In this document: positions 39,540 through 52,039 of the stretch, one piece after another | Position numbering within the stretch: the first letter of the stretch is position 1 | How the letters are laid out: each line of letters begins with the position of its first letter | Source: Macrostomum lignano | Taxonomy: Eukaryota | Assembly (NCBI GenBank): GCA_002269645.1 | Contig: NIVC01000023.1 | Span: 1,449,713-1,513,712 of the forward strand | Length of the DNA: 64,000 nucleotides | Direction: 5' to 3' | Position numbers and translations under genes: made by a program | The notes under the pieces: generated by a model | What the model saw: the letters and a program-made list of their open reading frames with translations, nothing else | Told to the model about the DNA's origin: nothing | Databases searched by the model: none

Positions 39540-42500
39540 CCGGTTACATTCAAGGACAAGACGAGCGCAGTCACCTTCCACGTGGCGGAGGGCAGCATAA
39601 GCCTTCTAGGCCGCCCGGGCTTCCAGCCGTTCGGAGTGACCCTTAATGTCAACCAGCTGCAAGAGGGCGAACTCCAGGTGCATGACAGCTTCAAGAGCCT
39701 GTTCGGACCAGTCTGGCGGGCCAAAGGCATCGTACACAAGCCGAAGCTCAAGTCGGATGATACTTGTACAGTCATCCAAGCACGCCGCAAGATTCCACTA
39801 GCGATGAAGAAGGCGGTCAGGGCAGGACTCAAACGACTGGAGGCCGAGCAGATCATCGACAATGTCGGCGCAAGCGCCTGGGTGAGCAACATGGTCATCG
39901 CATCAAAGAGCGACGGCAAGATCTGACTGTGCCTTGACCTGCGGGATGGTAACAAAGCAATCATCGCGGATGCCTACCCGACGCCAGCCATCGACGAACT
40001 TGCAGCAGAGTTCAGGGAGTCCAAGGTCTTCTCGAAGCTAGACATGAAGACGGGCTATCTTCAGTTTGAACTGCAAGAGGGCAGCCGACACTTGAACGCG
40101 TTCATAACGGACGAGGGGCTATACCATTTTCACTGCGTCCCGTTCGGTCTCAGCAGCGCGGCAGGATTCTACCAAAAGCCATGGCCCGCGAGTTGCAAGA
40201 ACTCCCAGGAACCGTCAACGCAATCGATGACATCCTATAGTCCACGGCAAGACCCGACAAGAGCGCGACAGCAAACTGCGACGAACGTTAGAACGACTAC
40301 AGGAGTACAACATCACCCTCAACGACAAGTGCGTCTTGGGCCAATCGGCCGTCGACTTCCACGGCTTCAGGATATCAGCATTCCGCTGATGAGCATCACG
40401 AGCACCCCGGCGACAGCGTGGGAGGATGCGGCGAGTTCAAACGGCGGGCACCAAGGCACCAACGATTCGCGATCGTCCTGGTTGACAAATTTAGCCGTTT
40501 GGCCAGAGGTCGCGCTGGTGGAAACTGTCACCACGAAGTCCATCATCAACTTCCTCGAGATCACCTGGACGAGATGGGGCACTCAAAAGAGCATCACGAC
40601 AGACAACGGACCCCAGTTCGGGCATGAGTTCGACGACTAACTAGACGGCAGAGCGGTCGAGCACAAAAGAACAGCGGTCTACTGCCCGGAGCAGAACGGC
40701 AACGTCGAGCGCTTCAAAAATATGCTAGGCGAGGGCAGTAGACCGAGGGTTTCAGCGACGCCGTCCGAGAGGTCATCGCCGCCTACAGAGCGACAAGGAG
40801 CGACGTCACGGGTTCGAGCCCACTTGTGCGTTGAATTCAGCTACGCCATAGACACTCGTGCGCTACGAGCACTCGTGATCTAGGCGTTGCTGAATTTAGC
40901 ACACTCGTGCCCCCCACCCATTATCCCGAGTTCCGACCTCGTCTAACCACCCATTATCCAATGTTTGATAATGACTGATTATCACACGCTATATCACTGC
41001 GACATCTAGCCACTCGTGACAGTTGATCATTATCCACCAATGAAACCGTATAGACAACAAACTATTGTTGGCAATTCGTCGTCGCACTTCCACTTGTAGC
41101 CAGAGTCGTCACGCACTGTTACGAACTCATGTCATAAATAAACAAAATGTAAAAAATTGCAACAAGTTTTAAGTTCAATATAACAAAACAGCAGCCCCTG
41201 AGATCGAGCTAAATAATTGTATCGCAGAAGTGAAACCAAAATGACAAACAGCAAAATTTCTGCATATTATTTTCATAGAAACCTAAACTAAGCGCATATT
41301 TTCGATTGGTAAACAATTAATAGCAAACAGACACAGGGTTTCGCATCTGAGAAAATGAAAGAGCCACTACATGTACAAATAATTAAAAACCACAAAACCA
41401 GAATATTGAGTGGTTTTTTGATAGATAAGTATAAGCAATCACAAACAATATTAAAAACCAATCGAGTTCATTAAATTGTCGAACGATGTCCATAAATTGA
41501 ATTTTAGCTACAACAACAAAGGAAAAGCAAGTATTTTTTTTTAAAATTTAGTCTAAAATTGTGAAAAAAATTGGAAAAATATGGAATACCACAGACCATC
41601 ATAAAACTAAAATTGGGTTGATAAAATTCTGGTGGAAAGGATTAGCTAAATAATAATTAAAGTACACGTAAAAAACCATCGAGATAAGCGCAAACAAAAC
41701 TTTGATAGGTAAACTATATTTACAAGTCAGTAGCTATAAAAAAGGCCGAGCTATAATCCAGGTGCCAATTCTGACACGCAAAAATAACCGCCTGTTTTAA
41801 ACCACTTTTTAATTATAGCAATGAAACAAAAACACAACGGATAACATTGAAAATCGCCTATTTAAGCTCGAATTTTGGTTCGGTTAATAAGTCTAATTAC
41901 TCTAATCTGCTATGTACTGCCTACTTTAATAAGTAGCTAAGCGTCGTGTAACGTGACAAGTGAAGCATGATACGACGAACTCTAGTGATTAAAAAATAAT
42001 GCCGGAAAAAATCTATACTCTTTGAAACTAGAAAACAGTAGTAACGACACGCGTGTACGAAATAAGTTTAATATATTCATAAATAAAACACAAAGACGGC
42101 CTAAGTAGACCCGAAAAACTTCTTACAGTAAGTATACTAAGTACACTATCGAGATACGCGGGCTCAATTTTTTTCGACAGAAAAAGACAACTATTTAGAA
42201 TATAATATGCCCGTATTTTAGTTCAACGTACTTGCTTATTTTATTCATTTCTACAAAGCTTTCTATGAAATCAAATCGTAAGTAATAATTTGATTTTGCA
42301 CTATTGACTAAATTGACTTAAAATTTACAATTTAGTTCATGAATTTTATATAGCTATTTCTCCTACATTTTCATTACTTTTATGAAACTTTTTTTTTCAA
42401 AAGTTACCTTTTATTTTAGTATATGGATTGCAAAAAGTTTTATTTAAAAATGTTAGATTTCTTTAAAAAATTAATCTTTTCGTGCCCTGCTTATTTAAAT

Positions 42501-43438
42501 CGCGTTGGTAGAAACAGAGTGCAAAAAAGAAAAAAGTGATTTTTTCGTACCGTTTAAAAGTGGGAAAACCGAGCTAACTGATAAAATTCCTGCTGTGTAA
42601 CACTAAAGCAAGCATTATAACTGCTGGTGCAGCACTCCTCAAACCGGGACTGTATTAATTAAACACAGGTAATGAATAAAAATGAATGAAGGACAGATTC
42701 TCAATAGAAATATAATAGAGTTCTGTCAACAGTGGGTACGATCATCGGACATCATCGGTTAATTTAATATACAATAAATAAAGACCTATTAGCTATAACA
42801 AAAAATAGACAATAAATAAATAAAATTGACCGGACGAAAATCTAATAAAAATTGTATGGTAGTTTTGCATCAACGGGCTTTAATATATCTTATATGAGGT
42901 ATTCATACTCTTAAAATTTTAAGGACTTCCAATTGGTAGATGTGGACGCAGATGTTAGCAAGGAGTTATTTGAGTGGATTAACTTTTTACACGAATTGGG
43001 ATATCAGCACGGCTTTTCGCGAGGCTTTTCCCGTCTTGTAGCAGTAGCAGTAGTCACAGGGACCCCGTGGTGTCCCTTCTCTGTAGCTGGCTCCCCAACA
43101 CCTCTCTAGTAGCCATCTCGCATTGGTCCTTATGCCTCATCAGGTTGCAGCGCTGCGTCCTTCCTCTACTCAAAAAGAGTCCTAACAGAAAAGCCGCTAT
43201 ATAAAAAAACTGCAGCTAGTGCTGCAGCTATAACAAAAATGTAGGCTTGTACTCACGTTTCACACGGCAGAGGTAATCTCGAATCGAGTTGCTATGTACA
43301 AGAAAGCATGAAAATTAAAAATAATTAGTATAAATATAACACGCAGCGTATGTTCTTATCGATTTAGTTTGCTTCTTGAGGTGCTACTACGAGTAAAAAG
43401 TGTACTCAGAAGAACAAGCTCCCCGTAATTATGTCATA

Positions 43439-46400
43439 TCACGCGAGCTCAGCTTTGAGCTGCAACCCGGCTAAGCACTCATCCCCACCTCCACCTCCTC
43501 CACCGTCGTTGGACGCCTCCACGTTGCAGGCGTCGTCTGCTGTCTCGCAGAACACTTTTTTGAACAGTTCGGGCACAGCGTTGGAACTCGGCGGGGCGTC
43601 GAATCGCATTGACAGCACGGCGTCGCCTTGGCGAGTCACTATGGTGCGCAGGTCCGTCACCTGGGGGCATACAGTGGAGCGTTAAGCATCCTCAGACTCC
43701 TCAGATCAGCACATAGGTGTACAGCGGCCATTGACTTTCTAATCGTCAGATATTTGCACTCTTGTCGTGTGAATCGCGCAACAACCTTCCAGCACGCTAT
43801 CAAACCAAGGGTCGTGGCGCTTAGACGCGATAAGCGATAAGCCGCTCTGCCCTCCCCCGCCCTACTGCTTAGCCGCCAATCATTGTTACTAAAAATAGTA
43901 TAGAGGACTAGCTGGAAAACCCCTCAGCGGGTCAGTGGTTAATGCATCCATGGCCAACCCCCCAAGGCGCAGAGTGTACATGTCTGACCGATAAGAAAAT
44001 CAATGGGTCGCTTTACACCTGTGTGAACGTATGTATGAGTGCGTGCCTGCGTATAGTATTAGCTTAGCTTGTATGTGTGCTCAGGAGTCAGCGAAATAGG
44101 CAGAATTGCCGTTAGCGCTGATTGTAGGACAATTTTGCCGAAGGCGTTGCGTCAGGGTGCTCGCAGCCCTCTCTTCAATTACACGCTACTAAAAGAATTA
44201 ACACACTTAACACCTAGACCTCTTACCTTCATAAGAATCTTAGCCCAGTCAACGCCTCGCCTGCACCGTTTCTCCGTCACGTAGCGCTTGAATGCGCTCA
44301 AAATGGCGTCCTGCATCGACTCGATCCGGTCAGGATGCTGCAGACCCATGCGATCGCTCTGCATCAGTAGGACTCCTACAACAACGGCGAGATTCGGAAT
44401 GAAAAAAGATAGTTTTGTGAGTTTATTAGAATGATTCAAATCGAGATATGAAAAGGCGCCTCTCACCTGCCAGCAGGGCCACTTCTTGCTGGTCGAGTTC
44501 GAGTCGGTTCAGGCTAGCCGCGAATTCCCACAGAGGCTCGAGGAAGTCGCTGAGCAGTTTGTCGCTTCCAGTCTCGTCGCCGCCGAATGTCATGAAGCTG
44601 CTACCGCTGATCCTGTCACGCTGTTGAATATATCGACAGGCCGATCGAAGGCAGAGGATCTCCATGCAGCTGCACTTGAGCAGCTGAAACTGGTCCGTCT
44701 GGCTTAGCTGTTCGGAAAAAAGGTAAAATAGGATCGGTAAGAGGTCATCGTGTCCTATTTTGATGTCAGCTTAGAGTCTTCAGCTCTGCTATGATGCCAT
44801 CCCTGACTCCATGGAGTCTTCAGCTCTGCTATGATGCCATCCCTGACTCCATGGAGTCTTCAGCTCTGCTATGATGCCATCCCTGATTCCATGGAGTCTT
44901 CAGCTCTGCTATGATGCCATCCCTGACTCCATGGAGTCTTCAGCTCTGCTATGATGCCATCCCTGACTCCATGGAGTCTTCAGCTCTGCTATGATGCCAT
45001 CCCTGATTCCATGGAGTCTTCAGCTCTGCTATGATGCCATCCCTGACTCCATGGAGTCTTCAGCTCTGCTATGATGCCATCCCTGACTCCATGGAGTCTT
45101 CAGCTCTGCTATGATGCCATCCCTGATTCCATGGAGTCTTCCGCCCTGCACTGTGTGATGTCATCATATATACGCGACATTCCTTTGGATAGCACCATGA
45201 AGTCTATCATCCAACCAGCAAACCGAAACCAAAATATTTACCGAACGAAACCCGACCACTCCTTCGGCGAACTTGACAACCCCGGAGGCTGCACTGGACA
45301 TCACTTGGGTCAGGCTGTCAAAAACGCTTGGCGCCTCCTGTCTGTACACGGCCACGTCATCGTCTTCAACTTGCTCGGACTGTAAAAATAGTATACTACT
45401 AGAGCGTTATGGACATACAAATATTAGAGATTTAGTATATTTTGGATAATAGTATAGTATAGTATAGCATTTTTACTACTGTTACAAACTACACTACTGA
45501 TAGTAGAAATATAGAAAAAAACGCGTTATTTAATGATCTTAGACGGATAATAACAGACCTTGCTCATTAGAGAGCAGACCACGTGACGCGAGAGCTGATC
45601 TACTAAATCTGGACACGGCGAGGTCGGTCCAAATTGTTGACGACGACAACTCGGCCGATTGGTTGCGCGGTTCTGCGAGGCAGAATGGATAATCTTGGTA
45701 AAGTTATGCACGGAAGTAGTTGCTCAAATTAAAGCATTATGGACAAGCGTGGTACCTGCGGTCTAGGCTTACTGGTTTTGTCTACTCTTAGAACTTAGTG
45801 GATTTTCTGGGTATATTGGTAGATTTTGCTGCCACCAGGTCCTTGATTTCCCTAATTCTAGTTTGTAGATATTAAAGAAGTGAGTCAGGACAACGATAGT
45901 AATTTAAACACAAGTTTATAAAGAGAACACAAATTAGTTAACGTAAGTTGTACAAAAGTTGTTTACATTAATTTCCTATACTCCCTTATATGCTTTTGGG
46001 CAAGACTCCCAATGTTTTCGAGGCAAGACTCCTCTTTGTGCAAGCCTATTTCATTCCTATTTCCCTATCTTCCCTATTCCCCCTTTACTTTGAATTCCTC
46101 GGCTAATTTCTAAGTTAAAAGTGTCGCAACAGATGCTTGCCCAAGAGCCCAACTGCTCTTTACTAGTAATAAAGTTCCAAAATTAGCGATCTTCTCCTGC
46201 TCTAATTATTCACCCTAGCTAAAACTACTGTTAGTAGCGTAAAAGCATAATTGAATTCCCCCGCTAAATTAATGCCCTACTACAATTAATTATATTATGC
46301 TTGTGCTAAATACTCGTACTTCTAACACAAACTTGACATCAATAACTTTCCTGAAATTTCTCGAAGATAATAATTAAATTTATTTATCTCGAAGATAATA

Positions 46401-49400
46401 ATTAAACGTTACGTAACTCTTACGGATTGAAATTACCAATGCATGCATGTGTATCGAAAAAAAGCATCGAAATAAACAGAAGTTTGATTGCGTCAACTAT
46501 ATGTATAGAAAAAAAATTTAATTATGTCCCCGATATGTATCAAAAATTCTATAAACAAATTCACTAATATCCCGATATGTATCGAAAATGCATTACAGGA
46601 ATTCACTAATGTCCCCGATATGTATCGAAAATGCTATAAGCGAATCCACTAATGTCCCCGATATGTATCGAAAATGCTATAAGCAAATTCACTAATGTCT
46701 CCGATGTGTATCGAAAATGCTATAAGCGAATCCACTAATGTCCCCGCCCCAATATGTATCGAAAATGCTATAAGCAAATTCACTAATGTCTCCGATGTGT
46801 ATCGAAAATGCTATAAGCGAATCCACTAATGTCCCCGATATGTATCGAAAATGCTATAAGCAAATTCACTAATGTCTCCGATGTGTATCGAAAATGCTAT
46901 AATTGCGAATTCACTAATGTCCCCGATATGTATCGAAAATAGTGTTTGAACAGCATGACTTACCCCGAAACCGTCGCCGCTAATTTCATCTGACGACGAC
47001 AGTGGCAACGGCAGCGCCTGCGACTGTCCAAGACGGGTCGGCCACGCCAGCCGATAGGAGGTGGCAAAGCCGTCGATGATCGCTCGATCGTCGTCGCCGA
47101 TGTCCCAGGAGTCCTCGGAGCCGCAGCAGCTGAAGCCGCCGCCGACGCCAGGAGCAGCCGCTGCCGACGCAGCGGACGCCGATGCGGGGAGTTCCTCTTT
47201 TGCCGACGGCTTCTTGCAAGGCTCGCCGGCGCTTCGACGCTGTCGATTCTCTTCGATGAGCTTCCGCTTAGCGACTCGCTGCCTCTCGTTGAGCACCACT
47301 GCGATGGGGGGAGAGGGAGCATTGGGAACTCATTTTGAGAGTTTATGTAAGTCCCTAGATAATTTTTCTATGGAATCAATGAATCAAGAGTTCCCAGTCC
47401 AGATTTATTAAGAGGGGGTCACAGGCCCCCAGTCCGGATTCATTAAGAGGGGGGTCACAGGCCCCCAGTCCGGATTCATTAAGAGGGGGGTCACAGGCCC
47501 CCAGTCCAGGTATTTATTAAAGGGATCCCAACTAGTCCCATTCTGATCAGTATGGGATCACAAGTCCCATTCTGAGTATGGGATCACAGGTCTCATTCTG
47601 ATCAGTATGGGATCACAGGTCTCATTCTGATCAGTATGGGAGCACAGGTCTCATTCTGATCAGTATGGGATCACAGGTCTCATTCTGATCAGTATGGGAG
47701 CACAGGTCCCATTCTGAGGTAGGAATCACAAGTCGCATTCTGAGTATGGGATCACAGGTCCCATTCTGTTCAGTACGGGATTACAAGTCCCATTCTGAGT
47801 ATGGGATCACAAGTCCCATTCTGAGTATGGGATCACAGGTCCCATTCCGAGTATGGAATCACAGGTCCCAATTCTGAGGTTGGGATCACGGGTCCCAATT
47901 CTGAGGTTGAGATCACAGGTTCCAATTCTGAGGTTGGGATCACAAGTCCCATTCTGAGTATGGGATCACAGGTCCCAATTCTGAGGTTGGGATCACAAGT
48001 CCCATTCTGAGTATGGGATCACAGGTCCCATTCTGAGTATGGAATCACAGGTCCCAATTCTGAGGTTGGGATCACAAGTCCCATTCTGAGTATGGGATCA
48101 CAGGTCCCATTCTGAGTATGGAATCACAAGTCCCATTCTGAGGTTGGGATCACAGGTCCCATTCTGAGTATGGGATCACAGGTCCCATTCTGAGTATGGA
48201 ATCACAGGTCCCAATTCTGAGGTTGGGATCACAAGTCCCATTCTGAGTATGGGATCACAGGTCCCAATTCCGAAATCCAACAGTCAGACTTACAGTCGGC
48301 AGCCATGCCCATTGCCAGGCACTTTTTAAACCGGCACTGCTGGCACTGGTTGCGAGTGTTCTTGTCAATCTGACAGCTCTCGTTCCATTTGCAGTGGTAT
48401 TGCAATTTCTTCTGAATTGTTCGTCGAAAGAAGCCCTGCAATAAATAATGATCACGCGGGGCTTGATGTTGTTTTAAATCATTTCTGAACTACTTTATTA
48501 ATAAAAAGATTGATTTTAAGCGTCTGACTACTAAGAGTACTCTACTAGAGTAAAAACCAGTAGAACTAGAACTGACTACTATAACATCTGAATGACCTGA
48601 GTTAACTAACATGACACCTGAATGACCTGAGATAACTACTATGACACCTGAATGACCTGAGGTAACTACTATGACACCTGAATGACCTGAGGTAACTACT
48701 ATGACACTTGAATGACCTAAGGTAACTACTATGACACCTGAATGACCTGAGGTAACTACTATGACACCTGAATGACCTGAGGTAACTACTATGACCCCTG
48801 AATGACCTGAGGTAACTACTATGACACTTGAATGACCTGACGAGGTAACTACTATGACACCTGAATGACCTGACGAGGTAACTACTATGACACCTGAATG
48901 ACCTGAGGTAACTACTATGACACCTGAATGACCTGAGGTAACTACTATGACACTTGAATGACCTAAGGTAACTACTATGACACCTGAATGACCTGAGGTA
49001 ACTACTATGACACCTGAATGACCTGAGGTAACTACTATGACCCCTGAATGACCTGAGGTAACTACTATGACACCTGAATGACCTGACGAGGTAACTACTA
49101 TGACACCTGAATGACCTGACGAGGTAACTACTATGACACCTGAATGACCTGAGGTAACTACTATGACACCTGAATGACCTGAGGTAACTACTATGACCCC
49201 TGAATGACCTGAGGTAACTACTATGACACCTGAATGACCTGAGGTAACTACTATGACCCCTGAATGACCTGAGGTAACTACTATGACACTTGAATGACCT
49301 GAGGTAACTACTATGACACTTGAATGACCTGAGGTAACTACTCTGACACCTAAATGACGGGAGTTAACTACTCTGACACCTGAATGACCTGAGGTAACTA

Positions 49401-50561
49401 CTCTGACACCTGAATGACCTGAGGTAACTACTCTGACACCTGAATGACTTGAGATAACTACTATGACCCCTGAATGACCTGAGGTAACTACTATGACCCC
49501 TGAATGACCTGAGATAACTACTATGACACCTGAATGACCTGAGGTAACTACTATGACACCTGAATGACCTGAGGTAACTACTATGACCCCTGAATGACCT
49601 GAGATAACTACTATGACACCTGAATGACCTGAGGTAACTACTATGACCCCTGAATGACCTGAGGTAACTACTATGACCCCTGAATGACCTGAGGTAACTA
49701 CTATGACCCCTGAATGACCGGATTTAACCACGACCTTTGTCATAGTATCTTGATGAAATATACTATAAATTACAGAATATCCTATTAAGAGTACAAACAT
49801 TTGTTAAGAATTGTATTAACTATAAATTTCCTGTCATTCGGAACCTGATTGTGTAACAGCTACAAACTAGCTAAGGAGGCCACTGCGAAAAACACAGGAA
49901 AAGACACGTTGAGATCGAGCGTTGCTGCACCTCACGCACCCCAACAACCCTAAAAGCCGAATTGAAACGCAATAGAAAAATAAAGTCTTTAGTTGGGGCT
50001 GAGTGGTGGACACAGTTCGGAATAACAACAGGCAGGTTTTAAACTGGCCGAGGTCATGAACCTGCCAATAAAAACCTTTTCTCTTTTCTCTCTCTATCTC
50101 TCTTTCCTTTCGTTCCGAATTTCGAATTTTGCCCTTTCTCTAGTTGTCAACGCAATCTGGGGTCGGCACGCATTCTATATGCACACTATATGAAATTCGG
50201 TTACGTAATATGCGCGGCAGTAAATAGATTGAGGGAGAGAGAGAGAGAGAAAAGGTTAACGAGCAAGAGCTGTTTAAAATCAGATTTTTTAATAGGTAAA
50301 CCTATGGGGTTGGCACTTATGAATGTAAATCGCACGATAATCCACCGACAATCGCGCGACAATACATATCAAGGTTGTCGCAGTACATGATTAGTAGCTC
50401 ACCTTGCAGCCTTCGCAGGTCATGCAACGATAATGATAACCTGTGGCGGCATCGTTGCACACAATGCACGGCTCGGGTCCATTTGACAGGTCCATGTAGC
50501 TTGGGATGTAGGGCGTGCCTGCGCGTGTGAACAGGAAAAACGCGTGTAGTAGTAGTAGTAA

Positions 50562-50629
<68 letters not shown>

Positions 50630-50633
50630 ATAA

Positions 50634-50677
<44 letters not shown>

Positions 50678-52003
50678 ATAGTAGTAGTAGTAGTAGTAGT
50701 AGTTATTGTAGTAGTAGTAGTAGTAGTAGTAGTAGTTATTGTAGTAGTAGTAGTAATAGTAATTCTCTATTTGAGTAGAGGCAGATCAACATGTCATTTA
50801 TTATCACCCCATAAATAATGTCGCACAGCTCCCGGAAAGCCCCGAGAACAGATGTTGAATTTCTCAGATCTATAAAAAGCAGCAAGTTCGACTATGGATA
50901 CGAAAAAACTGTCGTAGTAAACAAGGCCTTGACGCAACGGCTTGCAATCAGTTAAACAAACCTCGGCGTTACGTAATCAGTTTGGGAGCACAACGAATAC
51001 TGTGACAGCAATAGTCCATAGCAGCTGACAGCTGCTGCACCGAATACATGTAGGGACGAACATTCGTCAAAGAAAAATTGATGAGCAAATGCTACCCCTA
51101 GAAGCAATGACGGATGATGCTTGTTAAACTCGATTTACAAGCAAGCTGGGAAACTGGCTGAAACAGCCCTTTGTATAAAAGTATGTAGTAACAACGATAT
51201 AAAATTACTTCGTTGAAGGCTCACAATAGGACCCAATGACCCCATGACGAAGCAATGACCGACCACTGTATGGGGTATTGACAAACCACTGTATGACCCC
51301 ATGACGGAGAGCGCAATGACGAACCACTGTATGACCCCATGACGGAGAGCGCAATGACGAACCACTGTATGACCCCATGACGGAGAGCGCAATGACAAAC
51401 CACTGTATGACCCCATGACGGAGAGCGCAATGACAAACCACTGTATGACCCCATGACGGAGAGCGCAATGACGAACCACTGTATGACCCCATGACGGAGA
51501 GCGCAATGACGAACCACTGTATGACCCCATGACGGAGAGCGCAATGACAAACCACTGTATGACCCCATGACGGAGAGCGCAATGACAAACCACTGTATGA
51601 CCCCATGACGGAGAGCGCAATGACAAGCCACCGTATGACCCCATGACGGAGAGCGCAATGACAAGCCACTGAATGACCCCATGACGGAGTAATGACAAAC
51701 CACAGCATGACCCTACAAAGTATACAAACGAAAACGCAGAACAGTTTAACTCATTCATTCCACAAAGCCACAAAAAAAACTAAAAAACAGACTCCTTTGT
51801 GAATTATAAACAGCTCATAACGGGTGCACTCACTTCCGTTTCTTGTTTTTCCACGTCGACCATTTTTGGCAGCGGAGCTTTCGTCTTCAGTAGTTGTACT
51901 CGGCTGTAGCTGCTTCTGACTGGGACTTCGTTTGCCTCCTCCGACGCCACCACTGCTGCTGCCTCCGCCGCTGCCTCCGCTGACCGTCTGGCTTCGCTGA
52001 CGG

Positions 52004-52039
<36 letters not shown>

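Larger units (their letters stand above)
33474..40830 (+). mobile_element. Degenerate Ty3/Gypsy retrotransposon, internally deleted and split by LINE and Copia insertions
   Basis: Gag-like [21 protein letters not shown] at 33474-33830. After the Copia come the protease end PVTFKDKTSAVTFHV...SLLGR, then RT (RKIPLAM..., SAWVSNMVIASKSDGKI*LCLDLR, FSKLDMKTGYLQF, TDEGLY...PFGLSSA, IDDIL), then integrase (WPEVALV..., SITTDNGPQF, QNGNVERF). The order RT then IN is the Gypsy order. Stops and frameshifts throughout. Confidence 0.85.

Noticed and set aside
48490-49800. 436-aa ORF of [10 protein letters not shown] repeats
   Set aside because: It is a 30-bp array inside the intron between the two TR zinc-finger exons.
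50515-50778. Poly-Ser ORF
   Set aside because: It is an (AGT)n microsatellite in a TR intron, on the opposite strand.
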